Shown here piece after piece: positions 23,001 to 36,224 of a stretch of 64,000 nt of DNA. Position numbers and translations under genes: made by a program. This DNA comes from Tubulanus polymorphus (Eukaryota > Animalia > Nemertea), in NCBI RefSeq assembly GCF_964204645.1, contig NC_134033.1, forward strand, positions 6,100,231 through 6,164,230, in the 5' to 3' direction. Each line of letters begins with the position of its first letter. Positions within the stretch are counted from its first letter, which is position 1. A model generated the notes under the pieces. It was given only the letters and a program-made list of their open reading frames with translations. It was not told the origin of the DNA and ran no database searches.

Positions 23001-26000
23001 TGGACAAGGCAGATATATAATCTTTTGGAATATTGAGTAAAAGATATTTTTCCAAACAAAATTCCTGGATTACTGGTTAACATTATCAGGCAGCAGAGAC
23101 ACACATTATCAGGCAGCAGAGACACACCTAGGTCACACCATGGGAATGCAACCTATTAGCATGCTGCAGGTGACTCCCAAAAATATCTGGTGTTTACAAT
23201 ATGAGAGAAACATTGATTCACTCCACTGTGAACATCCAGTACCTTTTACTAGATAGCCTACATATACAAAATGCCTCTTTAATTCTTGAATCCTTTGGTT
23301 TAGTATCTACAGGAAATGACCACGAGATTCAGATTTCCATTCCCGTTATGACTAAACCATTTAAAACGATTGCAGAATCAATGATATAAAGAATCATATT
23401 CACCTGTGTTTGACCAATAGTTTAGTTGTGGGCCATCCACAATAATTGTAAACAATATAAAGAAAATACTGTAGCTAGTGGGATGCTGATCTCAAGTGTC
23501 TACCGCCCGGTTTATTGGCATCCATACTCCTCAGCCTTTAAATATTATAAAGCCATCAAAAAATGTGCTAGCTCTTACATTGTGTATTTCAATGCAAGAA
23601 GGTCGCAAAATTGAGCTGTCTATTTGATAGACAGACTTATCAACTATTGTTGTTAAAGTTGACGTAATGATTACAGCTGAAGTAATGATTACGTCAACTG
23701 GATATATCCTGACTCCAAGGCTTGCAACAGACAACTAGTTGTTTATTTCAGTCGATCCAACGAAGCTATATCAACACCACTTTCAGTAACTTCTTTCATA
23801 GCAGTGACCGGGTACATCAATTCTGAGACGTTTCTCAGTCACTGCTTTGTTCCATGTTTCTACCCATTTTGTTCCCAATGTAGCTAGTTTGTGTGTAAAA
23901 TAAAGTTATTCCAGTTTCGGAATTTCGAGCTGTTTGTTGAGTCCTTACTCTTTCGATCTGTTCTGGATTTCCGACGTTGACCATTTTTCGCAAATTGGAC
24001 CTAAACTAATGTTGCTTAACTATTAGTGCAGCATATTACATCAACTAAGCCAGACTCCTTACTGACGGAAATCAAATATGCATACATTAAGCATAATGGT
24101 TAGGCTGCATCAACGGTGTCTCCTAAAGCTAACGTCTAACCAGCAAGGGTACTTCGCTTAACCCTACGGGCCCAACATACTTCCATCTTCTCCAAGGAAG
24201 CAAATGAAGTAGCCATCTTGGGTACCACCATCAGATTAATTTCCTAATGATGCATCTCAACAGACCAACATTCTAGGGATCTTCAGAGAGTGAAATTGTA
24301 GTTTGAAATTTTCAGCTTCAGCCCTTTTGGTGACTTATTTCAAAGCCAAAATATCTCTAACCCTTCCTTTTTTATTGAAGATGCTAGTTGGCAGGCATCG
24401 AATATCAAATCTGGTCTAGTTTGACGACCATGCCATAGATGACATACTTTTTCTCATTGTTTTCTTGACAATCTTTCTGCTTCTATCCACGGACACTACC
24501 AATTTTTAGGAATTCCAAATTTTTGTTATGAAAATCCTTATCAAGTGTCGTGACATCTTGTGATATGTTTAGATGCATACCAACATATCTGAATGCGTGT
24601 AGGCCTACATATTCCCTTCAAGTGATACATTTTTCTTGAATCTCACTGATGACCGTCTCTTCAAAGAATTTATCACCTCTCCATAGAAAATCATCAACAT
24701 GACAAAATAGTATGCCAGTAAGTAAACCTTCCCTTCTAGCCAATAGAAAACAGGTGGGTCATATTAACCCCTGTTCATTCAGTCAGAAACCTAGGTGTTA
24801 TTTTCGATGACAACATGTCTATCTCTAAACATATTAATAAGTTATGCTCTACCACTTACAGATTAGTAGAATTAGACAATTTTTAGACCAAGTCACCGCT
24901 GAACGCCTCATTCATGCTTTTGTAACCACTCGTCTCGATTACTGTAATTCTTTGCGATTTGGTCTACCAAAAAAAAAATTCTCTGCAGCTCGTGTCGTTA
25001 GCCGCAACTCAAAACTCTGTCATATAACATCAATTCTTCATGACCTTCACTGGCTCCCAATAAATCCCGTATCCAGTTTAAAATCCTAGTCTGAAACATT
25101 CAAATCCCTAAACAGTCTTGCACCACAATATCTACAGTCACTTGTGCACTATAAATCATCCGCTAGAGTTTTAGGATCCAACAATCAACCCCTGCTCTTA
25201 TTCCCTGCGTTATTCTTGTCTCAGCCGGAATAGAGCTTTCGCATACTCTGCGCCAGTACTCTGGAATACTTTACCCAGTCCAAATAAATCTTGTCCATCA
25301 ATCGATGATTTTAAATCTAATCTCAAAACCCATTTGTTCATCAAAGCTTTTAATTAACCTTGTTTTAGTTTTCTCTGCTTCTATGTTCTCTTTTTATGGA
25401 TGATGTGAAGCCAATGAGCAGATTTTATATGGATTTTAGGCTGAATAAATCATTAGTATTATTTATCATATTGACATATCCTTGCTCCTCGACCAGACGA
25501 AGTTGACTTCACCTTCTTATACCAACACAGAGAACATCATTTTGAGGCCATAAATTTGACGTAACAAATTATCAATTCATTGAACAAATCAGCATTCAAA
25601 TTTTTTGCAACGTCATTGAGACAAAAATAAGAAAAGAGTAAGAAATGACCGAGTGACAGATCAAAAAACTTGAAGTTGTAAACAATTATAACAATGTATA
25701 AACCCACAGCATTTCACTGACATCAGTAAGGAGACAAACTGACGGCTATTTTCATAACCTGCAGCAAATGCCATGGCTTAAATTCTTGATCATATTAGAA
25801 TACTTTAACGAAGATTTTCATTGAAATGACGGTTTCAGTTTGGAAGCTGTGTGCAAGAAGTTCCCAAATCGTACGACCTTAAGTCAAATAATCAGTGTCA
25901 CAAACCGTTGATCAAAATCTGATATCTAGGGGTTTAACTCGTAGCTCTACGTAGCTCTATTGTTGTCGAAGTATACTGTACTGTAATCCCCTTTTTTACG

Positions 26001-29000
26001 CTATGAATTTCCTGCAATAAAACTAGTTTGTATACCTTGTTCTCGTCACAATACGCCACCAGCCTACTTGACGGATGGATCTCGATTCATAGTTTAGCTA
26101 TAAAAGGATTATGGGAGTTGCTTTTAGTCACTGGAAAGCTTTTTTGGAGTTAATTTCATGATTTTGCTTTAGTGTAGTTCTAATCAGTGGGTTATTAATG
26201 ATCAACAGCGTCATATAGATTTTTGCGTCCTTAATTTTTACATTTCTTCGTAGGTTTATTCAAAATCTGGGAAAAGGAGGGATTGTAGTGTCATTGTATT
26301 AGTATTAGATAACTCCGTCTCCAGGTTGTATATGTACTTTATACCCTAAAAGTAACTTTATCCATATTGCATCCAGCGTTCATTAGCGATCATTGCGTTT
26401 TTGATCACGGTTCGAATTCAACGCGTTTTGCTAATTACATGCTTGAAATACACACAGTAACATTATAAATGCCAAGTATGGTGCAATATGGCGTTTTGAT
26501 GCACCCATAAGCGTGCAGAGAAGCGTGGTTTACCAGGGCTTAGGCGAGCGATTTTGAAACACATATTTGTCCCGGATGAGTACCAAACGCGTTCGGAATC
26601 AAAGAATTACAGAATGCGATTCGAATGATACAAAACTAAACACTAACGAAAACGAAGTTAATTTTAGTCTAGGCTGTATACTATAATCTAGTGTATACTG
26701 GCAGCAGTTACGTGGTATCAAAGACGATTGTACGTATTGTCGGTAGCTTTGTTGTTCGTGTTTAATCAGTTGAATGGGAGAGCAAGCACGTCACAACACT
26801 GCTACCACCCAAAAACATAATAGTCTCTTAAACTCGGCGCGGAATTTCGAACTTCCCAGGCAATACAGATAAAAGTTTACCATCGGGTTGATGAATAAAA
26901 AAACATAAGATATAGAAGAACTCGCGCGGCGTAGTTCGGAAAGAACGGGGTCATTCTCATAATCGACGTAACCGCTTTCCCAAAAATTTGTGTGGAAAAC
27001 GTAGGGTAAACTTGTTAGGAGGAATACAATACTAACAAGAATTAGGAGAATCGTGAGGGAAATTTCTCGCTGGTGCAATTTCGTGTCAGACGAAGTACTT
27101 TGGCGCTGTTTCTTGCTCTTCAGTATAATTCTGGCCATTAAGATGTTGAGAATCAGCAGGACCGGAAATGGTGTATATACGGAATAAATCACGTCGAACA
27201 TGTTGAACACGTCCCTCCAGATGCCTTCCAGTTGAAGTCTGCAGAACGGTTCACCACCATAGATCGGTGTCTCCAATCCACCGTAGATCAACAGATGTGA
27301 ATAGCATAGTGCAACAAATATAAACACAAACAACACAACCCATTTTGCTCGTTTCACTGTGCACCAGATCTTTGCCTTTAGTGGGAATTGTATGGCTATG
27401 AATCTATCGACCGTTACGACGACTAGCAGACTGTTCGACATTGCAAAACTGAAATAGTCTTCGACATAGTAGATTTTACAGAATGCGTTCGAAATCAAGT
27501 CGGGCCGGTTGTTTTCCAGGTAACTGAGCAATAACACGACAGCCAGTAAGTTGGTATCAAAAACCGACAAGAATCTGAGGTAGAAGGACGTTGTTAGACC
27601 ACAATAACGCGGTGAGCTGAGCACTACGATAGCTAAGATGTTTGCCGGTATGCCCAGCCCTATTATGACTGGTGGGAAATACCGGTTGAATAATACGCTT
27701 ACATATCGAATCGACTCTAAAATGGTCGTGTTATTCCAGTCTGAAAAAGACATACTAGCTCAATTTCCTTCAATTGTCAAGTATTCAAGAATGGTGAAGC
27801 TCGCAGATTTCAGAAACTCAGATGTGTAGGAAGCACCCTCTATCTATTCAAACATATCCTAATGCAACTCGACTATGGCACACCATTGATTAAGCAATTG
27901 CTTAAACAAAGCGATAATTTATTTCTTTTCAGACATTGTAGAATCAAGAACTGAAATTGTTCTAAATCAATACTGGAACCTAGCAGTAAAGAGGGGTTAA
28001 ATTATACATAAAAGCATAATTATCTTAAAACAACTATGAGAAAATATGAAATTCCAAAATTATCTTGAGGTGTTTTTACTCAATGACGAGTGAGATTAGT
28101 TGTTATAGCCTAGGGCTAGGTGCATTTTAACAACACTAAATTTCCATGATAAATGTTGTATACATTTCAACTATATTCTATATTCCTTTAATGTTTAAAT
28201 GTTCACTTGCAATAGCTCTTTGTTTCTTGAGTTTGTCTGTATCTAATGCGTTAATTGTTGTTTGTCTCACTGTCATGTCACTGCTCGTCACCTTTGTTTT
28301 TGTATCATTTTCCATGTCTCCACCTGTTTAGTATCTCCATGTATATAAATAGTTTGTGTATTCCAAGCTGCTAGTTAAGTCTCACTCTCTTTGTTCTGTT
28401 TCGGATTTCCGACGTCGACCATTCTTCACGAATAGGACCGAAAAATAGCTTTGCTAAAGCATACTTGAAAAATGTTACGAACACTAGCCAAAGTAACGTA
28501 TATCCTTCCAATATCCTACGAAAGACCTAGCAATGGGTCGCGACTGGTGAGTAAAAATACAAAGTCCACAATCACAAAGCCGAAAAGTTTAAAATATTGT
28601 TGTTATTGTGATAGTGGAATTTACATTTTTCCTCAGTCGAATCTTTTGGCCATCACAAGAGAAATCCTACAATAATTCAGTCAAAGATGAAAAGTTCTTA
28701 ACAGAAGAGGATATTTCTGGAGCAACGTTTCGACTAAATGCTATTAGCCATCATCAGGCATACTGGGAACAAAATTATATAACAAATCTTTTGGCCATCT
28801 AAGAAAGGTCATGTCATTACATTATTGAAGGCGTATACTGGTTGACTGAATCCAAATGTTCTCAATACAATCAGGCAGTGGAGACACAGGCTAGGTCACA
28901 CTATGGGAATGCAAGCATGCTGCAGGTGACTCTCCCAAAAATATGTGGCATTCACACATTGGAAGTGTTATGTAAAGAGTATCATCCTTCGAGAGAGAGG

Positions 29001-32000
29001 CAGAGAAGAGATTTATTCAGTCCACTGTGAACGTCCAGTAAAATAGATACTTCTTTATTCTTACAGCTTGGTCAAGTAATTACAGGAAATGACCACAAGT
29101 TTCAGATTTCCATTCCGGTGGGGTTGGAAGTGCAGCGACTGCTGTGGCGAAAGCCGCGGCAATAATTTACTGAATGACTTTTTTTTTCAATTAAAATCTT
29201 TTGTTTTTTTTTCAATTGAAGTCAATTCGCCGCGGCAACAGTAAGAATCTGTCGAAAATCGGCATTTGGCCGCAGCAATAAAACATTGCATCCATCATGC
29301 CTGCATTCTCATTATAACTCAACCATCTAAGATAACGTCCAAACTTGATATTAAGAATCTTATGAATTTGTCAGATTTTCCTGTGTTTGACCAACAATTA
29401 TGGCCATACACACTCATGGTAAATATTATAACAAGAGAACCTTGAACCTTCATGACGCAGTAGAAGAAGAATGATTCAGTATTCAAAGTTTTACAGAAAG
29501 ATTTACATTGTAAGATGTAACAAGTTTTAAAATAGTTAAGATGGTGTAAGCTATGTGGCGATAATGTTCATTTTCTGTTAACATATAATGTTCATTTTCT
29601 GTTAACATATCCTTACATGAAAAGACAAGTCCATTTTAGCTGCCCAGCAGAGATTCGAAAAAATGCCAAAAAAATGCATCAAGAATTGGTGTAGGTATCG
29701 TGCTGAAAAGAAATCCAAGATGGATGGCAACCCCGGTGGCCATACTTGAACTCAATTTTCAATAAGGGGTAGACATTTCACCTAACAAAATTCTTACACC
29801 TTCAAGATTCGACCTGGCTGATGACCTCCATATACAAAAGGCATGGACAGCTTACCTACCCTGATCCTCACACCAAATTTTGTGGAAATCCATCAAGTAT
29901 TGCGGTCTGCATCGTGCAAACAAGAAATTCAAAATGGCCACCCGAATGGCAGCCATATTTGATCACCAATGACATTTTTTTACAATAGGGGTGGACATCT
30001 CACCAGACCCAATCTTCAAGCTAATTTTCAAAAAGATTCATCGCAAATTACAGGCGAATTACTGTGTCAAATTCAATTCCAGAGGGCCTGGCCATTTTGA
30101 AAAACCAGCACAGATGCCTATTAAAATCATATGTAATTAAAAAATCAGTGCTTATTAGTTTGATGTCCCTGTTTTCATCGCGCACGTGGTTAAAATTATT
30201 GTTTACATCGAATGTCTTCAACAGCTGATACAACCGCACCCGCATCTGTCAATCATCTTTATTGATTCATACCCGGTATTCTAAAATGCTCACTATGAAA
30301 AAACTATGCGGAATCCGGAATTTTTCAGTAGAATGTCAGACACTAGGTACCTTTCTTTAAAGGTTTATTTGTTGTATTATATTAACAATCAGTTATATAG
30401 TACTTTATTCATAACTTTGAAGCGGCGCTCCGACAGCGAACGCTCAAGCAAGGTCAGTCACGTAGGCCAACGATAACACGACACGGTTTTGCCGGTTAAG
30501 AGCGTCTCTCCACATAAATTAGAGGGACTGTAATGGACCATTTGTTGACATTCACCTTTAATAAACTTCGTATGGATACAATCAAGATAATTCCACCCTA
30601 TAATTCCACTATTCAATGATCGATGCGCAGCTTAGACATGGCGCCGCCATTCAATACGCTAGTCACGATGTATCTCTACACACATCAAAATCACACTTGA
30701 ATTATAAGTGTTGACTTATGAGAAACGATCGAAATCTAGCAATTTTGTTGGGAAAATAGCAGCACTATAGTCGAAAAAAAAGTTGATAAACCACCTCCGA
30801 CTGTCTAATCATTTAAAAGCTTTGCCTTCACATGGAACTATTTCCGCCTTATTACAGGTGCACTCTGCCGCCGTGATTCGCCCATTCAACGATATTAACT
30901 TTCCCACGGTCTTACTATCGGCATTTTCTAATAATTTGGGAAACATTTACTAAAAGCGAAATTTCACACTCTGCATTAATAAGATTAGAGTATTTATTCG
31001 TTTGACAAATCTTCCTCTGAACTCCCAACAACAAGTTATAAGTGGCGACACGAAAATGACGTCATCGACTCACTACCATCTTATAACCTTCATGACGTAC
31101 TGTAGTACTGTAGCTACTGCATCTTAAGTGTTTGCCACCCAGTTCACTGGCACCAATACTCCTTGGCCTTTTTAAGAATTTACAAAGCCATCAAGAGTAT
31201 CCAGATGACAGCTCTTTGTTACACCTAGAGCCAGGTGTCGGTCGACCTTGCGACGCGATCGTCGGATTGTGTCACAAGTGGGGCGTAAGTCGGTTGTGTT
31301 GTAAGTCGATTTCCAGCGACTGTGTGCGACTAGTTGCTCCCAGTCGCAAGAGAGCGTAGGTCGGTTGAGACGATTGCGTCGCGTCGCATAGACTAGAACA
31401 TGTGCGACTCATTGCGACTGGTGTTGCTGCCAGTCGCAACCCGTCGCTGGCAGTCGCAAGGTAGAGTAGGTCATGAGTCGTTGCGACGATGGCGGTCGCA
31501 GTGAGTCGCGTCGCAGTGAGTCACAAGCCGTGGCAAGGCCAGCCTACGCCCGGCTTTAGCGTACACAAATTAAAAACGTGAATTCATACCTCCTCCTACT
31601 GTCCCCCTGATACTTGTTTTCAGAGCTTCGCCTAAGACATTTTAATTGAAAATGAACTAAAAACACCAGACATTAGATATTCATATATCAGGAATTGTGA
31701 ACCGACTCATATTACAGTACTATACTATTATATTACAGCACCAAACGAACCAAAACTGTTCAAACTCAAAACGATTCAAATGTCAAAATAATCCTCTTTC
31801 ATAGTTGTATATTAAGCTCCAAATAAATGTTCTCAGTCAGTCAATATACAGAAACCAGGTCTTGTTCCGTTGTTTCTTACCAACAACCTTTCGATCACAG
31901 TATCATTACAGTCGATCACCAACAATATCAGCTCACATTCAAAAACTGATTGTCCACACCTCACGCACACATTCAGAACCTCACTAGAGACATTTTACAT

Positions 32001-34991
32001 TGAAAATTAACTACAAACACCGGACATTTTATCAGGACACTTTCAAAAGGCAATACTTATTTGTAATACAAGATGATTGGCACCCTCAATCCCTGTAAGA
32101 CATAATCAAATCACATGCAATGTTATTCAAAATTGGTTGAATCTCCTCCTGCACTGAACAGGGAAATCGCGTATTTTATGAACAATAGACTCTTCCGGAA
32201 AACATGGCTAAAAGGAACTGATCCTTAATACATTAATACAGTGACATTATAAGTGGGGCGGATCTAGGAAAACAGGAGGGCCGCGGTCCAGAAGGAAACC
32301 ATTTCTCGGAAAAAGCAGCCAAGTCATAGACAACTAGCAGGATCCCAATATCAAGATATTTTTGAAGGAATACATCAGACAAGATACATACTCCGAGGGC
32401 ATGAGTGAGCATAAGTGTCAAATTTGCAGGTTTTAACAATTTCTGCCTTGACAAAAAGAGCAACCTTAGTGCGAGGGCAGGGGTCCAGACCCCCTCAACC
32501 ACTCGTGATTTCCCCTCAATCCATCCCTAATAAGGACTAGAAGCGGCCAACATACTATGGACTGGTCTTATCTATATAAATCCAACTTACTTTATCGTTT
32601 CAAGGAATTCTTTTCGCACAAATATTTCTTCAGGAATTCGACTGAGAATCTTTTTCAGCGCCGTCGAGCGCGCGTTCAGATCTCGGAACGGCTCCTCCGG
32701 CCGACTGATGTGAAATTCTGGAAAATGAAAATGGATGTAGGCCTACAATCATGTGAATGAGTCAAAAGCTGTAAACAGGGACTCTGCAATCTGTGGAAAC
32801 CGACCATTCCACTCATAGCAAGTGGTCCACCAGGTGACACTAATATGCAGTAGGACAAAAACTACTGCGGCAATATAGGATTCCACTTGTGGCTCGTGAG
32901 GATCCACAAGGTGTCATTAGCATTGTGCAGCAGGACATTAACTACTCTGGCAATAGAGGTTTTCACTTGTGGTGAGGATCCATCAGATGTCACCAGTGTA
33001 CAATAGGACATAAACTACTGTGGCAATGAAGGATTCCACTATTGGCAAGTCAGGATTCACCTGCTACAGTGGAACTCATCAAAACGAATTTCAAGGGATC
33101 AGAAATTTAGTTTCGCTGATTGGGATGTAGGTTAATTCTAGGTTTGCAACTAATAACCATCAATTATTATGATGAGATTCCGTTAGGCCTATATATAAAG
33201 ACCATGTTGTAACTTACCGTCAATTTCGCGGTTACCTTCAAGACGTAATAGAGTTTCACACATGTCGATGTTATTGTGAACTTCGGCTTTTTCCAGAATG
33301 GCTCTCACGAAATCATACATCGATCCCGGATGATGTTTCTCCAACTGAAAAAATAACGCAGAAAATTAAACTCGGCTTACACAACGTTGTGCCTTGAGAT
33401 TTTACTCTAAACTGCAAAACATCAATAAAAGTATCTGATTACGGTCTGTGCTTAGAAGTTTTTTTGTTTTTGTTATCGATTACAACAGAATTAAATTTTT
33501 AGCTGTAAGCTACTTGGTATCTAACAGCTTTTGAGTATCTGCATCCAGATACGTACAAATCAATCTGCAGCCTGGAGGCACATTCACCATTTTGGGCGAT
33601 CAGTTTTTGAAAATGAGTAGATGAAATTTCTTACATCTGGGTCCGCTTTCACAAAAAAGTTAAACTCTAACTTTCAGTTTTATTGCTGTTGGTAACTTTA
33701 TGGTTCAATGAGGACGTCAATTGAAACTTAACCAATTTAAGCTTTAAACTTTTTCCTGAAACTGAGCCCTGGTGATTGTAGTTCATTTACAACTAAAAAT
33801 GTCTCAAAAGAAGTCCCGACACGTGTGAAGTCATCCTCACCCGGACGGGATTCGAACCTGGATGGCATGGACATTCGCCATGGTATGAAACCCTGCCACA
33901 CTAGACAGAGTGCGCAAATACATGCGCAGCTTAGATCACGTCATTTTCAGTCAATCAGATACCCCATTTTATTTTCACCCAGATTTTTCCCATTTATAGT
34001 TCCTCCATGAAATTTGCCCCAGCTATCAAACAAAGAGCAATTGTAATCGTGCTGCAAATGTTCATGAAGAAACCTGCACACGCAGTCTCGTGTGACGGGG
34101 TTTCGTGGTGGCTGATTCTAGCTATGTCATCAGGTTCAAATCCCTGCCCGGAAAGGATGGTGTGAAGTGTGGATGATCGAAGAATGGTGATAAAGTATCG
34201 AACGCCTTTCGGGGAGTGGAGTCTGGGTTCGAGTAGCAACCAAAGAGATCTGGGGGTGTTTCATGTTTGTTTTTAGCGATTTCTTACCTTGGTAAACGCA
34301 GAGCGTAAAGTCTGTGTGGCTGCCATATCTTTCTGTTCCAGCTGCAAAAACATTAACAAATATTTTACGGATACGCAACTCCAGGAAAACCTATCATGCA
34401 CGTAGTTGGATTAAGAGTGCGCTTGCCATGTCACTAGCATTCTTTCAGAAAATAACACTGGATTTCTTCTCAGATGCAATTAAAACCGATCCTAAATTTC
34501 TCAAGATTCTACGACTGATGAATGAAAACACTAGATTGGAACTCTTAAAAGATCGACCAGAGATTGTCAACAGAAATGAATTGCCTAATGCTTTAGGCCT
34601 ATGTCTATCGAAAATTAACTAAATTCTCAACTAGTCGTCCTATTGTTATGCATGATATCTGGCAGGATAGCTGATGGCCAGGTCCTCATTGTAAGAATCT
34701 TTATTAAATTCGCAGGTCGACAAAGCATTTACTAGAGTAGCATCGTACAGTAGACTCCGCTCGTCAAAATATTATTCGTGACACTAGAAATACATACATA
34801 GCATCCAGCTCGGATATCAATCACTCAAGTCGACCACATTTTAACAGTCCCAAAAGATCTGACTTTAGCAAAGTCATTAATAGGAATGACTATCCATTTA
34901 TTGAATGAAGACCCACCTTGTCCAAGACTGGACTGATTACGATAGGCATTGTAAGGGCACCGTAGAGATTCGATTCTTCGCCCATTGTCAT
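16996..34991 (-). CDS. PDCD10: Programmed cell death protein 10 (CCM3), 7 coding exons, 209 aa
   Basis: Minus-strand exons 34991-34917, 34341-34288, 33344-33218, 32717-32591, 20355-20274, 18804-18722, 17077-16996 total 630 nt, all GT-AG and phase-consistent. Translation includes [47 protein letters not shown] and [14 protein letters not shown], matching recalled PDCD10. Confidence 0.95.
17215..18376 (-). mobile_element. Helentron/DINE-like element with repeated GGCCATCTTGGA units
   Basis: Minus-strand terminus tttttacccctccgcc..gggtattgtcg; internal degenerate tandem units. Confidence 0.45.
18460..18662. repeat. ~39-bp degenerate tandem repeat x5
   Basis: aaaccatt.tcagagactgttcctgacaatcag.gg units. 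Confidence 0.75.
18722..18804 (-). CDS. PDCD10: PDCD10 exon ([27 protein letters not shown])
   Basis: attttgcag|...|gtaagg. Confidence 0.94.
18886..18978. repeat. 31-bp tandem repeat x3
   Basis: taacctacaacctacaaacagttagttactg. Confidence 0.9.
19003..19052 (-). ncRNA. Second minimal hammerhead-like motif (Penelope type)
   Basis: Minus strand: CTGATGA-a-GCTGCT-ctgcatt-AGTAGT-GAAAGCTT; palindromic AGCU stem III; stem I weak. Confidence 0.5.
19709..20195. repeat. 41-bp minisatellite, about 12 copies
   Basis: Unit gaaccggacctacgagataactcatagtggtaatggtggct. Confidence 0.95.
20274..20355 (-). CDS. PDCD10: PDCD10 exon ([16 protein letters not shown])
   Basis: tctttgtag|...|gtatca. Confidence 0.9.
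22690..23070 (-). mobile_element. 3' fragment of a non-LTR retrotransposon with CCHC knuckle (RTEX/L1-Tx1-like)
   Basis: [34 protein letters not shown]. Confidence 0.75.
24770..25460 (+). mobile_element. 3' fragment of an L2/CR1-clade LINE
   Basis: [62 protein letters not shown]; AATAAA near the 3' end. Confidence 0.85.
26791..27753 (-). CDS. Intronless rhodopsin-class (class A) GPCR, FMRFamide-receptor/GPR139-like invertebrate expansion type, 320 aa
   Basis: Seven hydrophobic segments; TM1 GxxxN, TM2 LSxxD, TM3 Cys and DRF, CTVKRAK, ECL2 Cys, TM7 [10 protein letters not shown]-terminal NNT sequon. Confidence 0.92.
   Translation of the reverse strand: MSFSDWNNTTILESIRYVSVLFNRYFPPVIIGLGIPANILAIVVLSSPRYCGLTTSFYLRFLSVFDTNLLAVVLLLSYLENNRPDLISNAFCKIYYVEDYFSFAMSNSLLVVVTVDRFIAIQFPLKAKIWCTVKRAKWVVLFVFIFVALCYSHLLIYGGLETPIYGGEPFCRLQLEGIWRDVFNMFDVIYSVYTPFPVLLILNILMARIILKSKKQRQSTSSDTKLHQREISLTILLILVSIVFLLTSLPYVFHTNFWESGYVDYENDPVLSELRRASSSISYVFLFINPMVNFYLYCLGSSKFRAEFKRLLCFWVVAVL
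31227..31559. mobile_element. MITE with GTCGC-rich interior
   Basis: Imperfect TIRs agagccaggtgtcggtcgaccttgcgac / gtggcaaggccagcctacgcccggcttt. Confidence 0.65.
32591..32717 (-). CDS. PDCD10: PDCD10 exon ([28 protein letters not shown])
   Basis: cattttccag|...|gtaagt. Confidence 0.93.
33218..33344 (-). CDS. PDCD10: PDCD10 exon ([19 protein letters not shown]...CETLLRLEG)
   Basis: ttttttcag|...|gtaagt. Confidence 0.92.
33825..33945 (-). mobile_element. tRNA-derived SINE-like element
   Basis: B box GGTTCGAATCCC, tRNA-Leu-like gtgatctaag start, tail ..gggtgaggatg shared with the 34050 and 53960 copies. Confidence 0.6.
34050..34180 (+). mobile_element. tRNA-derived SINE-like element
   Basis: catcaggttcaaatccctgcccggaaaggatg. 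Confidence 0.55.
34288..34341 (-). CDS. PDCD10: PDCD10 exon ([18 protein letters not shown])
   Basis: tttttgcag|...|gtaaga. Confidence 0.92.
34917..34991 (-). CDS. PDCD10: PDCD10 first coding exon ([25 protein letters not shown])
   Basis: ATG at 34991, donor aag|gtgggt. Confidence 0.88.
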
Positions 34992-36224
34992 TCTTGATTT
35001 CACTGCGGTGCGCGGCGTCGCGTGAACTCTGCACAATCGAGGACCTCTTTCGATTCAGAGAGCAGTCAATCACAGTCCTGTAGGTTACCCGGTAGATGAT
35101 ATATAGGCTACCGTGCTAAATGATGCAAAAATGCTGCTGCAATGTAAAGAAGAACATGTTTTTAAATACCGACACTTACTGTACCTTTAAGGGCACTCTA
35201 ACAGCTAACAGCAACTAACACGATTAACAGAGAAACAAATATCTTTCTGTTGATTATCTCTTGATGATGAGGTTGAGTTGAAAACGGTTGGAACGTTAGA
35301 AGAATGAATCTAAGCCTATTTAAACATTATCAATTGTGGGTTCACTTATCAACTTGGGAACTTTGAAATAACTGAGGTTAGGTTATATCAGTCTACCAGT
35401 CTAAGCCTCTTAGTTTCACAATACTGTTTCCGTGCTTATAAACCATAATTCTAAATGATGACTTGACTTTGAAATTTTGATTTTAGATTGAAAAACGAAG
35501 TTTGTTCAGTATTTTGTGAGGTCTCCATGTATGGAGCCAGCGGCCATTATCTTTTTAAACGTATCAGTACCAAGACGGATTTTTCTCGGATTTATTCACA
35601 GGCACTCGCCGATGGGCTTGGGATACAGTTGCTGGGGTTTTTGATAGTGTATTTGTGTTTTCATTCATTATTCTGCAATAAATACGAGAAAAAACGTCTC
35701 AACACCTGTAAAGTTTTTCCTATACGCTCACACTTCGTCAACTACCTTTTCTTTTATATTACTAAAGACATTTCACAAATTGATAGTGTCTCACAATTGG
35801 ATGGAATAATAGATATAACTGTCATATCACTAGTAAGTGTCATATAAAATAAAAGTTTTGATTTAAGATTGAAAAACGAAGTTTGTTAGTGTTTTATGAG
35901 GTCGCCGTGTGTGGAGCCAGTGGCCATTATCTTTATAAACGTATCAGTACCATGACGTTTTTTCTCGGATTTATTGCAGAATAACCACACCGTCGTGAAG
36001 TGAGCACTGGATTCGGTATCACTGGATTCGGATTCGGTTTTTTGCACTGTTATTGAATAAAAAGACATTTTGATAAAAAGATAAAATTGTGAATATACAA
36101 CTTATTTCATCTATTTATTGTACGGACACGGAACCGGACTCGGCGGCAACGTAGACTGGTTCCCGGTCTCTATGGAGACATTCCTAAAATTGGGCCAATT
36201 TTCCTAAAATTTCCATCGAAGATA

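Noticed and set aside
33825-33945. Functional tRNA gene
   Set aside because: B box present, but no proper acceptor stem or cloverleaf; copies are diverged and share a non-tRNA tail, so treated as a SINE.
34085-34135. Hammerhead-like CTGATGA...GAAAC.GTC antisense to a SINE
   Set aside because: The core is not conserved in the two other SINE copies (CTG(G)ATGG).
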